Assembly: GCA_024346625.1 (NCBI GenBank)
Contig: AP024667.1
Span: 992,001-1,056,000 of the forward strand
Length of the DNA stretch: 64,000 nucleotides
DNA from: Williopsis jadinii
Lineage: Eukaryota
Reading direction: 5' to 3'
In this document: in pieces, positions 55,444 to 64,000 of the stretch
Layout of the letters: every line of letters starts with the position of its first letter
How positions within the stretch are numbered: position 1 is the stretch's first letter
Position numbers and translations under genes: made by a program
Notes under the pieces: generated by a model
Databases searched by the model: none
The model's input: the letters and a program-made list of their open reading frames with translations, nothing else
What the model was told of the DNA's origin: nothing

Positions 55444-56783
55444 AGCGTTTGTAAGTGACAATTTCATTAGTGAGAGCGAGGAAGGTTTACGATATTTACT
55501 TAATTTTATCAGTTGTTTAAACTCAGCGTAGATCTATTAAACAAGCCCGAGCTGGTTGAATCCACTTTCCATGGTTAAAACAACATGTCTTAAGGCACAA
55601 AAAATCCACGGAAGCACTAATAGGCAAAATCACCCATTCAATACCACTTTCAGTAAAGGGTATCCTGGTATGTTTAGCAAGTATATTAGAAAATGTAATC
55701 AAATATGTGATTGTGATTACTATATTTGTAGAATTACTATGAATTCGGTGAGCACTTGCTATCTGACACAGCATTAGATCAATGCTTCACCGCCAATGAA
55801 TAATGGAGGATTGCCTGCCATAAATAACCGGTCCGAGGAGCTTGTTCATTGATCTAGAACAAATACATCGTGAAAGTGAGAACGATAGAGAAGAGACTCA
55901 GAATATGATTAGCATAGCACATAAATATGTGACAACAAGGAGTAAAGCTAAAAGGAATGATAACCAAATCTCAGAAAAGGGACAATAGAGCAGAAATAAT
56001 GGAAACGACGGAAAGAAGATTAATACTACTTCTTAAAGCCCCTTTTACTAATGCCATGGATGAATAATACAATGTGTTCATACGATAACTTTTAACGAAA
56101 AGAAGAGCACTGTTAGAATGTTACGAAATAACGATTTCCACCTACAACTTTTTTGGGCAATACCAGATCTTATAATGATGAGAGCTATCTGATGCGTCAA
56201 AATAGATAGTTTCTTCCCTATATGTTATGGGTATTTTTATCTTCTACTGCAGGTTCGCCCGCACATGTTTCACCCAGAACTGTGAATTCTTGTCTAAGTC
56301 CCAGGCGGTGCCTGATGACGCATAACAATATATTATATGTATATGTTGCGCCATCGTGCATATCATAATACATAGTTAACTTCAGTACCTGCATCACTGT
56401 GCATATTGAAACGTTAATGCCTTCAAATTCTTAATGCTGGTAGCCAAACTCTTGGGTTAGTCTAGAACGCAATAACAGATGCAAAAAGCCGTTGGAAGGT
56501 TCGCTCAGATGTCATTTTCATTACAAAAGACTCAATCCCTAATTTCGATAAGATAGACGTGACTTATACATTATGAAAACTATCGTGGTGTTACAACTAC
56601 ATCAGGAGGACATTCTCAACAGATTATACAGCATCTTACAGACCAACTTGAATTATTATGCAATTTCATCAATTCATAAACTTAATAAACATTCATTAGA
56701 GTTAGAGTCTCACACAGAATACCTTCAGGCAGAGATTGAATAATACAATCATTAGTCATGTTTGGTGGGGGGGGGTCTTCAAT

Positions 56784-58820
56784 TCAAACCTTTGCTCTTT
56801 CTAGTAATTCCTTTGCCTTGTCAAGTGTCAATCTCTCGGTTAAATCCTTCTTCATACAACCACTCACGGTATCAATGAGCATTTCATTTGATTTAGTCGC
56901 GCGCACTAGGCTTTCGAAATCATACCTGCCAGCACTGATCATTGCTCTCAATCTTGGTTCGTATTGATGTTGGAAGGGTAGTTTACCAACAAACATTGTG
57001 TATAACAATACACCGAATGCCCATATATCTGCAGACGGTCCTAATGGTGGTGGACAGCTCTCTAATAGTTCTGGCGCAGCATATGGAAGTGAGCCGATGT
57101 GTGAGTCAGGCAGATTTGGATTCACCTCCGGAGATTTAATCGTTATGGGTGAAGGATCAAACGATAACATATCAGATTCTGACGAAGCATGGGAGTAAGT
57201 CATGTCGATCTGTAGTGCTGTGTCATCATGTGTTTGGTTCTTATCCGTCGCTATTCTCTCCAGTGAGTGTAGACGACGGAGCTTTGCTCCTGAGTAGGAT
57301 CTTGGAATGGAAGGACGTCTCTTAATTCTCTTGTTATTTTGGATCGTTATATCTTCAGAGACATCGGGTGGTTTGAATTGTGTACTCATTCCAAAATCAC
57401 AAACCATTATCTTGGCGTCTTCTCCATAACAGTCGAGTAGACAATTCTCCAACTTCACATCACCATGAACGATTCCCATCTTATGCATGTATGATAATGC
57501 TTCGATGATCTCCAACCCAAACTTCCTTGTGATTTTAATTCTCATCGATAGATCTTCATCTGATTGAGTTGTATAGAGTCCCCATTTAGACACAAGATCA
57601 AACAATGTCCCACCACATGCCTTTTTAGTTAGACAGAAAAAAGTATCGTCAGTCTCCTTAACATTTAACAAAGGTAACAAGAACTGGTGGTGTAGTTTGG
57701 ACCACATTTGTGTTTCCCTTCTGAATACATCTTTAACGTCCTCTCTTTTTGCTCGTATGATCTTCATTGCCCTTTCAGTATCATCCTTAACGTCACGACA
57801 TTCTCTTATTATTCCCCACGCCCCACTACCGATTATACGACCTAGTCTATGGTTTAATACGGGCTCTTCAAAGTTGACCTTTGGCCTGTCGCTAAAGCTT
57901 GATAGGAATTGTAAAGCCGGAGAGCTTTCATTCTTATTCTTCTTGAAACGCTTCTTCACCACCTTTTCAATGGCCTCTCTATTTATCAGAGGAGAGTGTG
58001 ATAGTTCAGTGATGATCTTCCTTCTCATTGAAAAGGGCAAATCGCTAAAGTTTCTCGGCAATTTCGACGCAATAAAGTCCTCTTCATCCTGTTCGGACTT
58101 TGGATGGTGGTCCATATGAGGCACAGAGACTGGCTTAACCTGTGTGTGCAATTCCCCCATAGAACCTCCCGGCGTTGCACTAGCAGGCGTGAAGGAGCTA
58201 TTCAAAGACGTGTCGCTCTGCTCTTTGTTCCAGAATCTCACAGCTGCGCCAAAGTCGAAATCCGGGATGTACTCGTCCTCCATTCCCTTGAAAGCAGCGG
58301 TTAAAGTACTGTCAGTGTCATCACTTCTCAGTACTTGATGGCTAAAGCTTCTCGTCCCTGGAGACTGTGATCCCCCGACCCCACTGTGCATTCTCGTTTT
58401 AAACCGGCTGACTGATGCTGATGGTGAGCTTATCTCATCATCCTTCCTTTCGCCGTTCCGCCTCGTCCTGTGCGGCCTATACCTGTCATCATCAAACATT
58501 CTCCTTCCATCAACACTGTTGAAGTTCTTCGTCTCGTTCTCAGAGTAAATCCTCTGTAGCTTCCCTGACGGAGTGGTGGCCAGTACACCATAATCCTTAG
58601 ACACCGTGAGAGCTCCCGTCGCGCCAGCTCGTTGCTGCTTATTCTCAGACATCGACGGCGTCAGCGTCTTCGAAGACTGTTCGCCATCAACCTCGTTCAG
58701 GAGCCCCAGCGCCATGTCATGGTTACCATCGTTCCTGTGTGCCTCTCTCAGCTTTGCGCTGAGGAGCGACTGCTTGGGCGAGCCTTGCCGCTGTGACATG
58801 GTCTGTTGAGTGACGTCCAT
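56784..58820 (-). CDS. NNK1: Ser/Thr protein kinase, Nnk1-like
   Basis: GSGAWG, HGDVKLEN, DFG, long activation-loop insert, IGSLPYAAPE; LPRNFSDLPFSMRRK motif. Close to SNU114 and EBP2 as in S. cerevisiae. Confidence 0.8.
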   Translation of the reverse strand: MDVTQQTMSQRQGSPKQSLLSAKLREAHRNDGNHDMALGLLNEVDGEQSSKTLTPSMSENKQQRAGATGALTVSKDYGVLATTPSGKLQRIYSENETKNFNSVDGRRMFDDDRYRPHRTRRNGERKDDEISSPSASVSRFKTRMHSGVGGSQSPGTRSFSHQVLRSDDTDSTLTAAFKGMEDEYIPDFDFGAAVRFWNKEQSDTSLNSSFTPASATPGGSMGELHTQVKPVSVPHMDHHPKSEQDEEDFIASKLPRNFSDLPFSMRRKIITELSHSPLINREAIEKVVKKRFKKNKNESSPALQFLSSFSDRPKVNFEEPVLNHRLGRIIGSGAWGIIRECRDVKDDTERAMKIIRAKREDVKDVFRRETQMWSKLHHQFLLPLLNVKETDDTFFCLTKKACGGTLFDLVSKWGLYTTQSDEDLSMRIKITRKFGLEIIEALSYMHKMGIVHGDVKLENCLLDCYGEDAKIMVCDFGMSTQFKPPDVSEDITIQNNKRIKRRPSIPRSYSGAKLRRLHSLERIATDKNQTHDDTALQIDMTYSHASSESDMLSFDPSPITIKSPEVNPNLPDSHIGSLPYAAPELLESCPPPLGPSADIWAFGVLLYTMFVGKLPFQHQYEPRLRAMISAGRYDFESLVRATKSNEMLIDTVSGCMKKDLTERLTLDKAKELLERAKV

Positions 58821-59044
58821 GTACAGCAAATTAATATCGGTCAGAGGTACCCGCTGTTTTGGGTTCGATAGCCGCTGTGGTTGTTTGTTTACTTTCGTTG
58901 CTGTCAAGCAGTGTTGATGGACTGATTTGGCTGTAATCATCAGCAAAGTATCGATTATCTCGATTGTGGATGCTTACATAAGTGCTTAGTAAGCACAATC
59001 ACGCACGCTCATAACCATCCACGACAGCACCATTTCCGGAAAAA

Positions 59045-59090
59045 GTCACGTGCATCCGACACAAATAGACCCCGGAGATAACCAACCAAT
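59045..59090 (+). promoter_or_regulatory. Cbf1-type GTCACGTG and HAP-type CCAAT upstream of QCR8
   Basis: GTCACGTG at 59045-59052; CCAAT at 59086-59090. Confidence 0.55.
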
Positions 59091-59226
59091 GACCGTGGAG
59101 CGTTTTCCAAGCGTGGCAGTTCGGCTCAGCTCCCACGCCAACAAAAAAAAAGAGCAAAAGACTCTTTCACCAGTATCAACAAACAAGCTCTTTCCACCAA
59201 CTCAACGTATAATCAACTGAAGAAAG

Positions 59227-59517
59227 ATGGGTGCACACGCTCCAAGTCCAAAGACATACATGGGATGGTGGGGATCTCTTGGTTCCCAGCCACAGAAGGG
59301 AATCACCACCTACGCCGTTTCTCCATACGCTCAGAGACCACTTAAGGGAGCTGCTCACAATGCCATCTTCAACGTGTTCAGAAGAGTCAAGAACCAGGCT
59401 TTGTTCATTGCTCTTCCAGGTTTCATCATCTGGAACTGGTGGACATGGGCCAGAGACTACAACGAGTACTTGTACACCAAGGCTGGTCGTGAGGAGTTGG
59501 AGATTGTTAACGCTTAA
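59227..59517 (+). CDS. QCR8: Cytochrome bc1 subunit 8
   Basis: KTYMGWWGSLGSQPQKGITTYAVSPYAQRP...NEYLYTKAGREEL. Confidence 0.97.
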   Translation: MGAHAPSPKTYMGWWGSLGSQPQKGITTYAVSPYAQRPLKGAAHNAIFNVFRRVKNQALFIALPGFIIWNWWTWARDYNEYLYTKAGREELEIVNA

Positions 59518-59779
59518 GCACTGTCTAGCGTTGCACTGCTATACTTTACACATATATCTAGCTTGTTCTCCTTTCCCACGTACAGAAAATAATACAGTAT
59601 CCTTGTAAGAGTGGCATGTCTATTATATCAGCTCGTTGGTTTCTTCTCAAAGACGAAGCAATCGGGAGAGACACTTGTACAGAACAGAATTCACATTCGA
59701 AGAAAACTCACCCTCATAGCATTTTGGTACGTTTTATATTAAATCCTTATAAAGAAGAGAAAGAACGAATGTAGGAAGC

Positions 59780-60838
59780 TCATTTAGAACGCTTGTAGAT
59801 CTTGTTCAAGAAGATGGTCAAGACTTCACCTTTGAAACCTCTGCTCTCGTCAACGTTGGCGATCTTGTCCTTCAAGTCACCGGCAACCTTCTCCTCGTAC
59901 TCGTGGTACAACTTGTCGATTCCCAACTCGTTGAAGAGGTCCTTACACACCTTCTCCTTGGCGTTATCCTTGACACCATAGTTTTCGTCGAGCAGCTTTC
60001 TCTGTTCAGGCGTGACGAGTTTCAACGCGGTGTTGATGACCCAACTACACTTGTTATCTTGGATATCGGTACCAATCTTACCAATGTCCTCTGGCTTACC
60101 GAAGCAGTCCAAGTAGTCGTCCTGGATTTGGAAGTACTCTCCCAGTGGAATCAAGACGTCCTGTGCCTGCTTCAAGTCCTTCTCATCGGCACAGCCAGCA
60201 GCGTACATGGCCAAAGCCACTGGCAGGTAGAAAGAGTAGTAAGCAGTCTTGAAGATCACAATGAAAGAGTGCTTATCAAGGGAGAATTTGGACAAGTCAA
60301 CGTGATCCTCTGGCGCAGTGATCAGGTCAAGCAATTGGCCTAACTCGGTCTGGAATGTCACGTCATGGAACAACTCCAACAGGTCCACGTAGTATGGCTC
60401 TCCCTTGAAGTACTTCTTCAGCAAGACATAGATCGCAGCCTCCAGCATGAAGGAGTCGTTGATTGCAATCTCAGCAACACCTTCCACTCTATACCAACAT
60501 GGCTGGCCTCTTCTTGTGATGGACTTGTCCATCATATCATCGGCAACGAGGAAGTAGGCCTGTAACAACTCAATACACCAACCTAGAAGGGCAATCTTCT
60601 TGTAGATTTCATCGTCGAGCTCATCAGTGGACTTGAATCCCTTGAGGATCGCATAGGTGTCAACAACAGATATACCTCTGTTCAACTTGCCCCCTGGCGT
60701 GTTGTACTCCAAGTTCTTCTTGAACCAGTCGATGGCCTCAGGTGTCATACCGTACCCGTTGAGCACCTCGATGAGATCCTCAACGAGACCAGGGAACACG
60801 CTTAGAAACCTCTCTCTCTTAGCTACTTTGTCTGACAT
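59780..60838 (-). CDS. ERG20: Farnesyl diphosphate synthase
   Basis: [16 protein letters not shown] (FARM), [17 protein letters not shown] (SARM). Confidence 0.98.
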   Translation of the reverse strand: MSDKVAKRERFLSVFPGLVEDLIEVLNGYGMTPEAIDWFKKNLEYNTPGGKLNRGISVVDTYAILKGFKSTDELDDEIYKKIALLGWCIELLQAYFLVADDMMDKSITRRGQPCWYRVEGVAEIAINDSFMLEAAIYVLLKKYFKGEPYYVDLLELFHDVTFQTELGQLLDLITAPEDHVDLSKFSLDKHSFIVIFKTAYYSFYLPVALAMYAAGCADEKDLKQAQDVLIPLGEYFQIQDDYLDCFGKPEDIGKIGTDIQDNKCSWVINTALKLVTPEQRKLLDENYGVKDNAKEKVCKDLFNELGIDKLYHEYEEKVAGDLKDKIANVDESRGFKGEVLTIFLNKIYKRSK

Positions 60839-61102
60839 TGTTCAGTCGCTGTTCAATTGGCCAAATGGGAACTCAGAGGAGAGAAGAAACGGGAAAGTGA
60901 ATATTCGTTTATGTTGATTTTAACAACACACGTCGAGAACCAGGTGAACGACAGCTCGTTTCCTCTTTGGGCGTGGTTTTCGCAAATGTATGCGGGCTGG
61001 CGAAAACTTGCGCAATTTTGCACTAACGTGACGCGGCGCTCGTAACCTTTCCCAACGTGGAAGTCGAGAAGCCCATCGCATGCGAAAAAGCATGAAAAAG
61101 GG

Positions 61103-61137
61103 CAAAATTTTTTAGAGGGCATTTTAATCCTCATCGC
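61103..61137 (+). promoter_or_regulatory. RRPE-like and PAC elements upstream of EBP2
   Basis: AAAATTTTTT at about 61104-61113; CTCATCGC (PAC, reverse of GCGATGAG) at 61130-61137. Confidence 0.65.
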
Positions 61138-61186
61138 CTGGTGTGTGATAGAGCTGACAAGTACACAACTCACACTGAATTGGAAA

Positions 61187-62479
61187 ATGGGTAAAGGACA
61201 TTTGAAAGAGAGATTGGAGATTAACCAGGCCAAGGATCAGTACAAGAAGAAACTTCAAGAGAAGAAGGCCAAAGCTGCTCCAAAGGATGATGGTCCAAAG
61301 ACAGTAACGAAGGAAGAGGTTGAGGCCAGAGAGGAAGCGAAGAGAGCTAAGGAGTTGGCTAAGGCTGAAAAGAAGGCTGCCAAGGAGCAAGCTAAGGAAC
61401 AGGACAAGGAGCAGGACGAGGAAACTTATGAGAGCCAAACTCTTTCGAAGAAGGAGAAGAGAAAATTGAAGAAGGCCATTGAATCCAAGCTCCAGGAAGA
61501 CGGCGAGAGCGATGAGGAAGAGGAAAGTGAGGAGGAAGGTGATGTTGAGATTGCGGAAGATACTGATTCTGAGATGGAGGAGTATCTTTTAGACCTGGAG
61601 AAGCTTGCTAGATCTGATGATGAGGATGATGACGAGGACGAGGAGGAAGATGCTGAAGATGCTGAAGATGCTGAAGAACAGGAGGAGGAAGAGGAAGATG
61701 TCGCTCTCTCAGACGTTGAAATCGATTCTGATGCAGACGTTGTTCCACACACAAAGCTCACCGTCAACAACGTCTCGGCCTTGAAGAATGCCCTCGCACG
61801 TATCGAACTTCCTTGGAGTAAGCATTCATTCGTAGAGCACCAATCAATCACTTCAAGTGAAAAGGTCGAGCCACAGATCAAGGATATCTACGATGATACT
61901 GAACGTGAATTGGCATTCTACAAACAAGCTCTCGATGCCACCACTGAAGGCCGTGCAAAGTTGTTGAAGTTGAAAGTACCATTCACAAGGCCACAGGACT
62001 ATTTCGCAGAGATGGTTAAGTCTGATGAGCACATGGATAAACTCAAGAATAAGTTGATCAAAGAAGCCACTGAAAAGAAGGCATCCCAGGAGGCCAGAAG
62101 ACAGAGAGATTTGAAGAAGTATGGTAAGCAAGTCCAAAATGCTACGTTACAAGAACGTCAAAAGCAGAAACGTGAAACATTGGAGAAGATCAAGGGTCTC
62201 AAACGTAAGAGACAGAACGATGAGATCCAGGGTGACGAATTCGACATTGCCATTGAAGAAGCCACTGCAGATGATAAAGAAAGGGAACAGAAGTATCAAA
62301 ACAGAGGTAAGAGCTCAAAGAGAGCTGCAAAGGATAAGAAGTATGGGTTCGGTGGTATCAAAAGATTTAAGAGAAAGAATGATGCTACCTCAAGTGCTGA
62401 CATGTCTGACTTCTCTCAGCGTAAGATGAAGGGGAAATCAGCTAAGCGTCCAGGTAAGAGTAGACGTAACAAGCATTGA
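61187..62479 (+). CDS. EBP2: rRNA-processing protein Ebp2
   Basis: DIYDDTERELAFYKQAL, RPQDYFAEMVKSDEHM, KRPGKSRR. First ATG at 61187. Confidence 0.96.
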   Translation: MGKGHLKERLEINQAKDQYKKKLQEKKAKAAPKDDGPKTVTKEEVEAREEAKRAKELAKAEKKAAKEQAKEQDKEQDEETYESQTLSKKEKRKLKKAIESKLQEDGESDEEEESEEEGDVEIAEDTDSEMEEYLLDLEKLARSDDEDDDEDEEEDAEDAEDAEEQEEEEEDVALSDVEIDSDADVVPHTKLTVNNVSALKNALARIELPWSKHSFVEHQSITSSEKVEPQIKDIYDDTERELAFYKQALDATTEGRAKLLKLKVPFTRPQDYFAEMVKSDEHMDKLKNKLIKEATEKKASQEARRQRDLKKYGKQVQNATLQERQKQKRETLEKIKGLKRKRQNDEIQGDEFDIAIEEATADDKEREQKYQNRGKSSKRAAKDKKYGFGGIKRFKRKNDATSSADMSDFSQRKMKGKSAKRPGKSRRNKH

Positions 62480-62567
62480 GACATATATGGGTTTAATCTA
62501 TAAACTGTATATCACAAAATAATAAAGCCGTGTATATTAGAGACCAAAATCACCGGAATATAGACCG

Positions 62568-63446
62568 TTATTCCTTGACGTACTTACTACCCTTTCTGTA
62601 ATCAAAGTTGAAGCCGAACAAGTTCAAGATGTGGTTGATCAAGGCCTTTTGAGGTAGGAACGTTTGAAGCAACGACATTCTACCACTGTTTGTACCTTCA
62701 TAAACTCTCAAAGTGTTCAGGTTGGCCTTCTCAACTTGATCCAACGTTCTCTTTGCAAATTCCTCTGGTGGCATACCCAAAGAAGCACTGTTCTTCAACA
62801 GGACCTCTGCTTTCTTATCGAATGCCACTTTGTACTCTTCAAAGTTGTATATCGAATCCTGTGGAATTTGATAGTTCTCACCAGCATGGAAAATAGGTGT
62901 TTTGATATAACCACCAATGACGTCGATCACTTTAACACCATAGTTACGCAATTCGCATTGCAAAGTCGAAGCGTATTGGTCCAACGCAGCCTTCGATGAC
63001 GTGTACAGACAGTTGGCATGTAGTGGGATACCTCTGGTCACAGAGCCCGAGAACACGATGGTGCCCTTTGTTGGGATGATCATCTTGACGAACTCTCTCA
63101 CCAGTCTCATCTGGGCAAAAAGGTTCAACTCAAAGAGGGACTGGATCTCCTCATCAGTGACATCTGTAGCCATCGCAACGACTGGACGACCAGCATTGCA
63201 GTACAACAAGTCCAGCTGACCGTCAGTATCGGCCTTGACAATCTCACGGATCTCAACAACAGCGTCCTGGGATGTGACATCCATGATGTACTTCTTCACT
63301 TTGTCATTGGCATCAAACAACTCAGTGGTTTCATCGCTGAAGACAATGTCAGTCGCATAGACAACGTAACCTCTCTTAACAAGCTCGAAGCTGAGGGCTC
63401 TTCCAATACCACCGTTAGCCCCGGTAACAAGCGCAGTCTTTGCCAT
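62568..63446 (-). CDS. Short-chain dehydrogenase/reductase, Ayr1-like
   Basis: ALVTGANGGIG, LYCNAG, YTSSK catalytic motif. Probable start MAKTALVTG at 63446. Confidence 0.88.
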   Translation of the reverse strand: MAKTALVTGANGGIGRALSFELVKRGYVVYATDIVFSDETTELFDANDKVKKYIMDVTSQDAVVEIREIVKADTDGQLDLLYCNAGRPVVAMATDVTDEEIQSLFELNLFAQMRLVREFVKMIIPTKGTIVFSGSVTRGIPLHANCLYTSSKAALDQYASTLQCELRNYGVKVIDVIGGYIKTPIFHAGENYQIPQDSIYNFEEYKVAFDKKAEVLLKNSASLGMPPEEFAKRTLDQVEKANLNTLRVYEGTNSGRMSLLQTFLPQKALINHILNLFGFNFDYRKGSKYVKE

Positions 63447-63742
63447 CTTGTGTTTTAACCTACAGATTCTCAATGGAGAAGTGATAGAAGGGGAACAACA
63501 AGAGGAAGAGTAAGGGGTTTGGATGGTTTTATCTATAACTCCTTCGATGTTATATGTGTCCTCAAGGCCCCGGGGCATAACGGCGGAGAAATTAGCCGGC
63601 ATAAAGTTGCATGATTATGTAAGCACTCAGGTGTGTATAATTATAATTATCATAATAATTATAAGTATAATGAAAATAATCATTATTCTAGTACAATATA
63701 GCATTACGCTTATCCTTCAGACAAAGGAAGAGAGCGTTGAGC

Positions 63743-64000
63743 TCACGCCAATTTGGGTGCCTCCTCCGACATCCTCATCGCTGCAAGATCAATCCTCCTA
63801 TTCGCATCCGCATTCTGTGCCCTGTCCACTGCCCTCGTTGAAGGCGGAGCAACGTTTGGCGACCTCAGTGGTGAGCTAACGTACGCAGTGGAGGAGCCAC
63901 CAATGTTTTGGTTCAGCACCATGTTTGCATTTCTTGGGTTGTACTGTTGCTGCTGCTGCAGTGCTTGGTGAAGTTGAGATCTCTTTGGCTTGGAGCCCTT
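63743..64000 (-). CDS. 3' end of an unidentified gene entering from the window edge (...RRIDLAAMRMSEEAPKLA*)
   Basis: Frame open from 64000 to TGA at 63745-63743, followed by an AT-rich terminator-like tract. Confidence 0.6.
   Translation of the reverse strand, partial: KGSKPKRSQLHQALQQQQQYNPRNANMVLNQNIGGSSTAYVSSPLRSPNVAPPSTRAVDRAQNADANRRIDLAAMRMSEEAPKLA

Noticed and set aside
56176..56192. ATGATGA...CTGA pair
   Set aside because: The boxes are only 6 nt apart, too short for a snoRNA.

Overview
Budding-yeast (Saccharomycotina) chromosomal DNA. It appears to use the standard code (CTG at conserved Leu) and retains a complex I subunit, Rap1-type sites and several spliceosomal introns. This is consistent with a Phaffomycetaceae-like yeast (inference). 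Core genes are HAC1 (217-nt Ire1-type intron plus a 3'BE stem-loop), RPP1, RPL13, RPS16, an FDO1-like gene, complex I ESSS/NDUFB11, SUB2, TAE1/NTM1, SSH1, PXA2, a DYRK/Pom1-like kinase, a Zn2Cys6 factor, SNU114, TPO5, an NNK1-like kinase, QCR8, ERG20, EBP2 and an AYR1-like SDR. An accessory block at about 13-35 kb holds a 1269-aa Glu/Ser-repeat GPI wall protein with one decayed paralogue; a second decayed paralogue lies at 41-42.5 kb. The block also holds a 2OG-Fe(II) oxygenase, two tandem MCT-type MFS transporters and a DUR3-family pseudogene. Several signals are invisible in the ORF track: an snR60-type C/D snoRNA in the intron of a near non-coding host (spliced ORF M-V-N-stop) abutting TAE1 antisense; a 449-nt SUB2 intron with non-consensus splice signals and long-range pairing; a GC-rich hairpin-dense element at 31.85-32.24 kb; and an orphan 323-aa ORF at a synteny break. 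Gene names come from recalled family motifs and synteny, not database searches.
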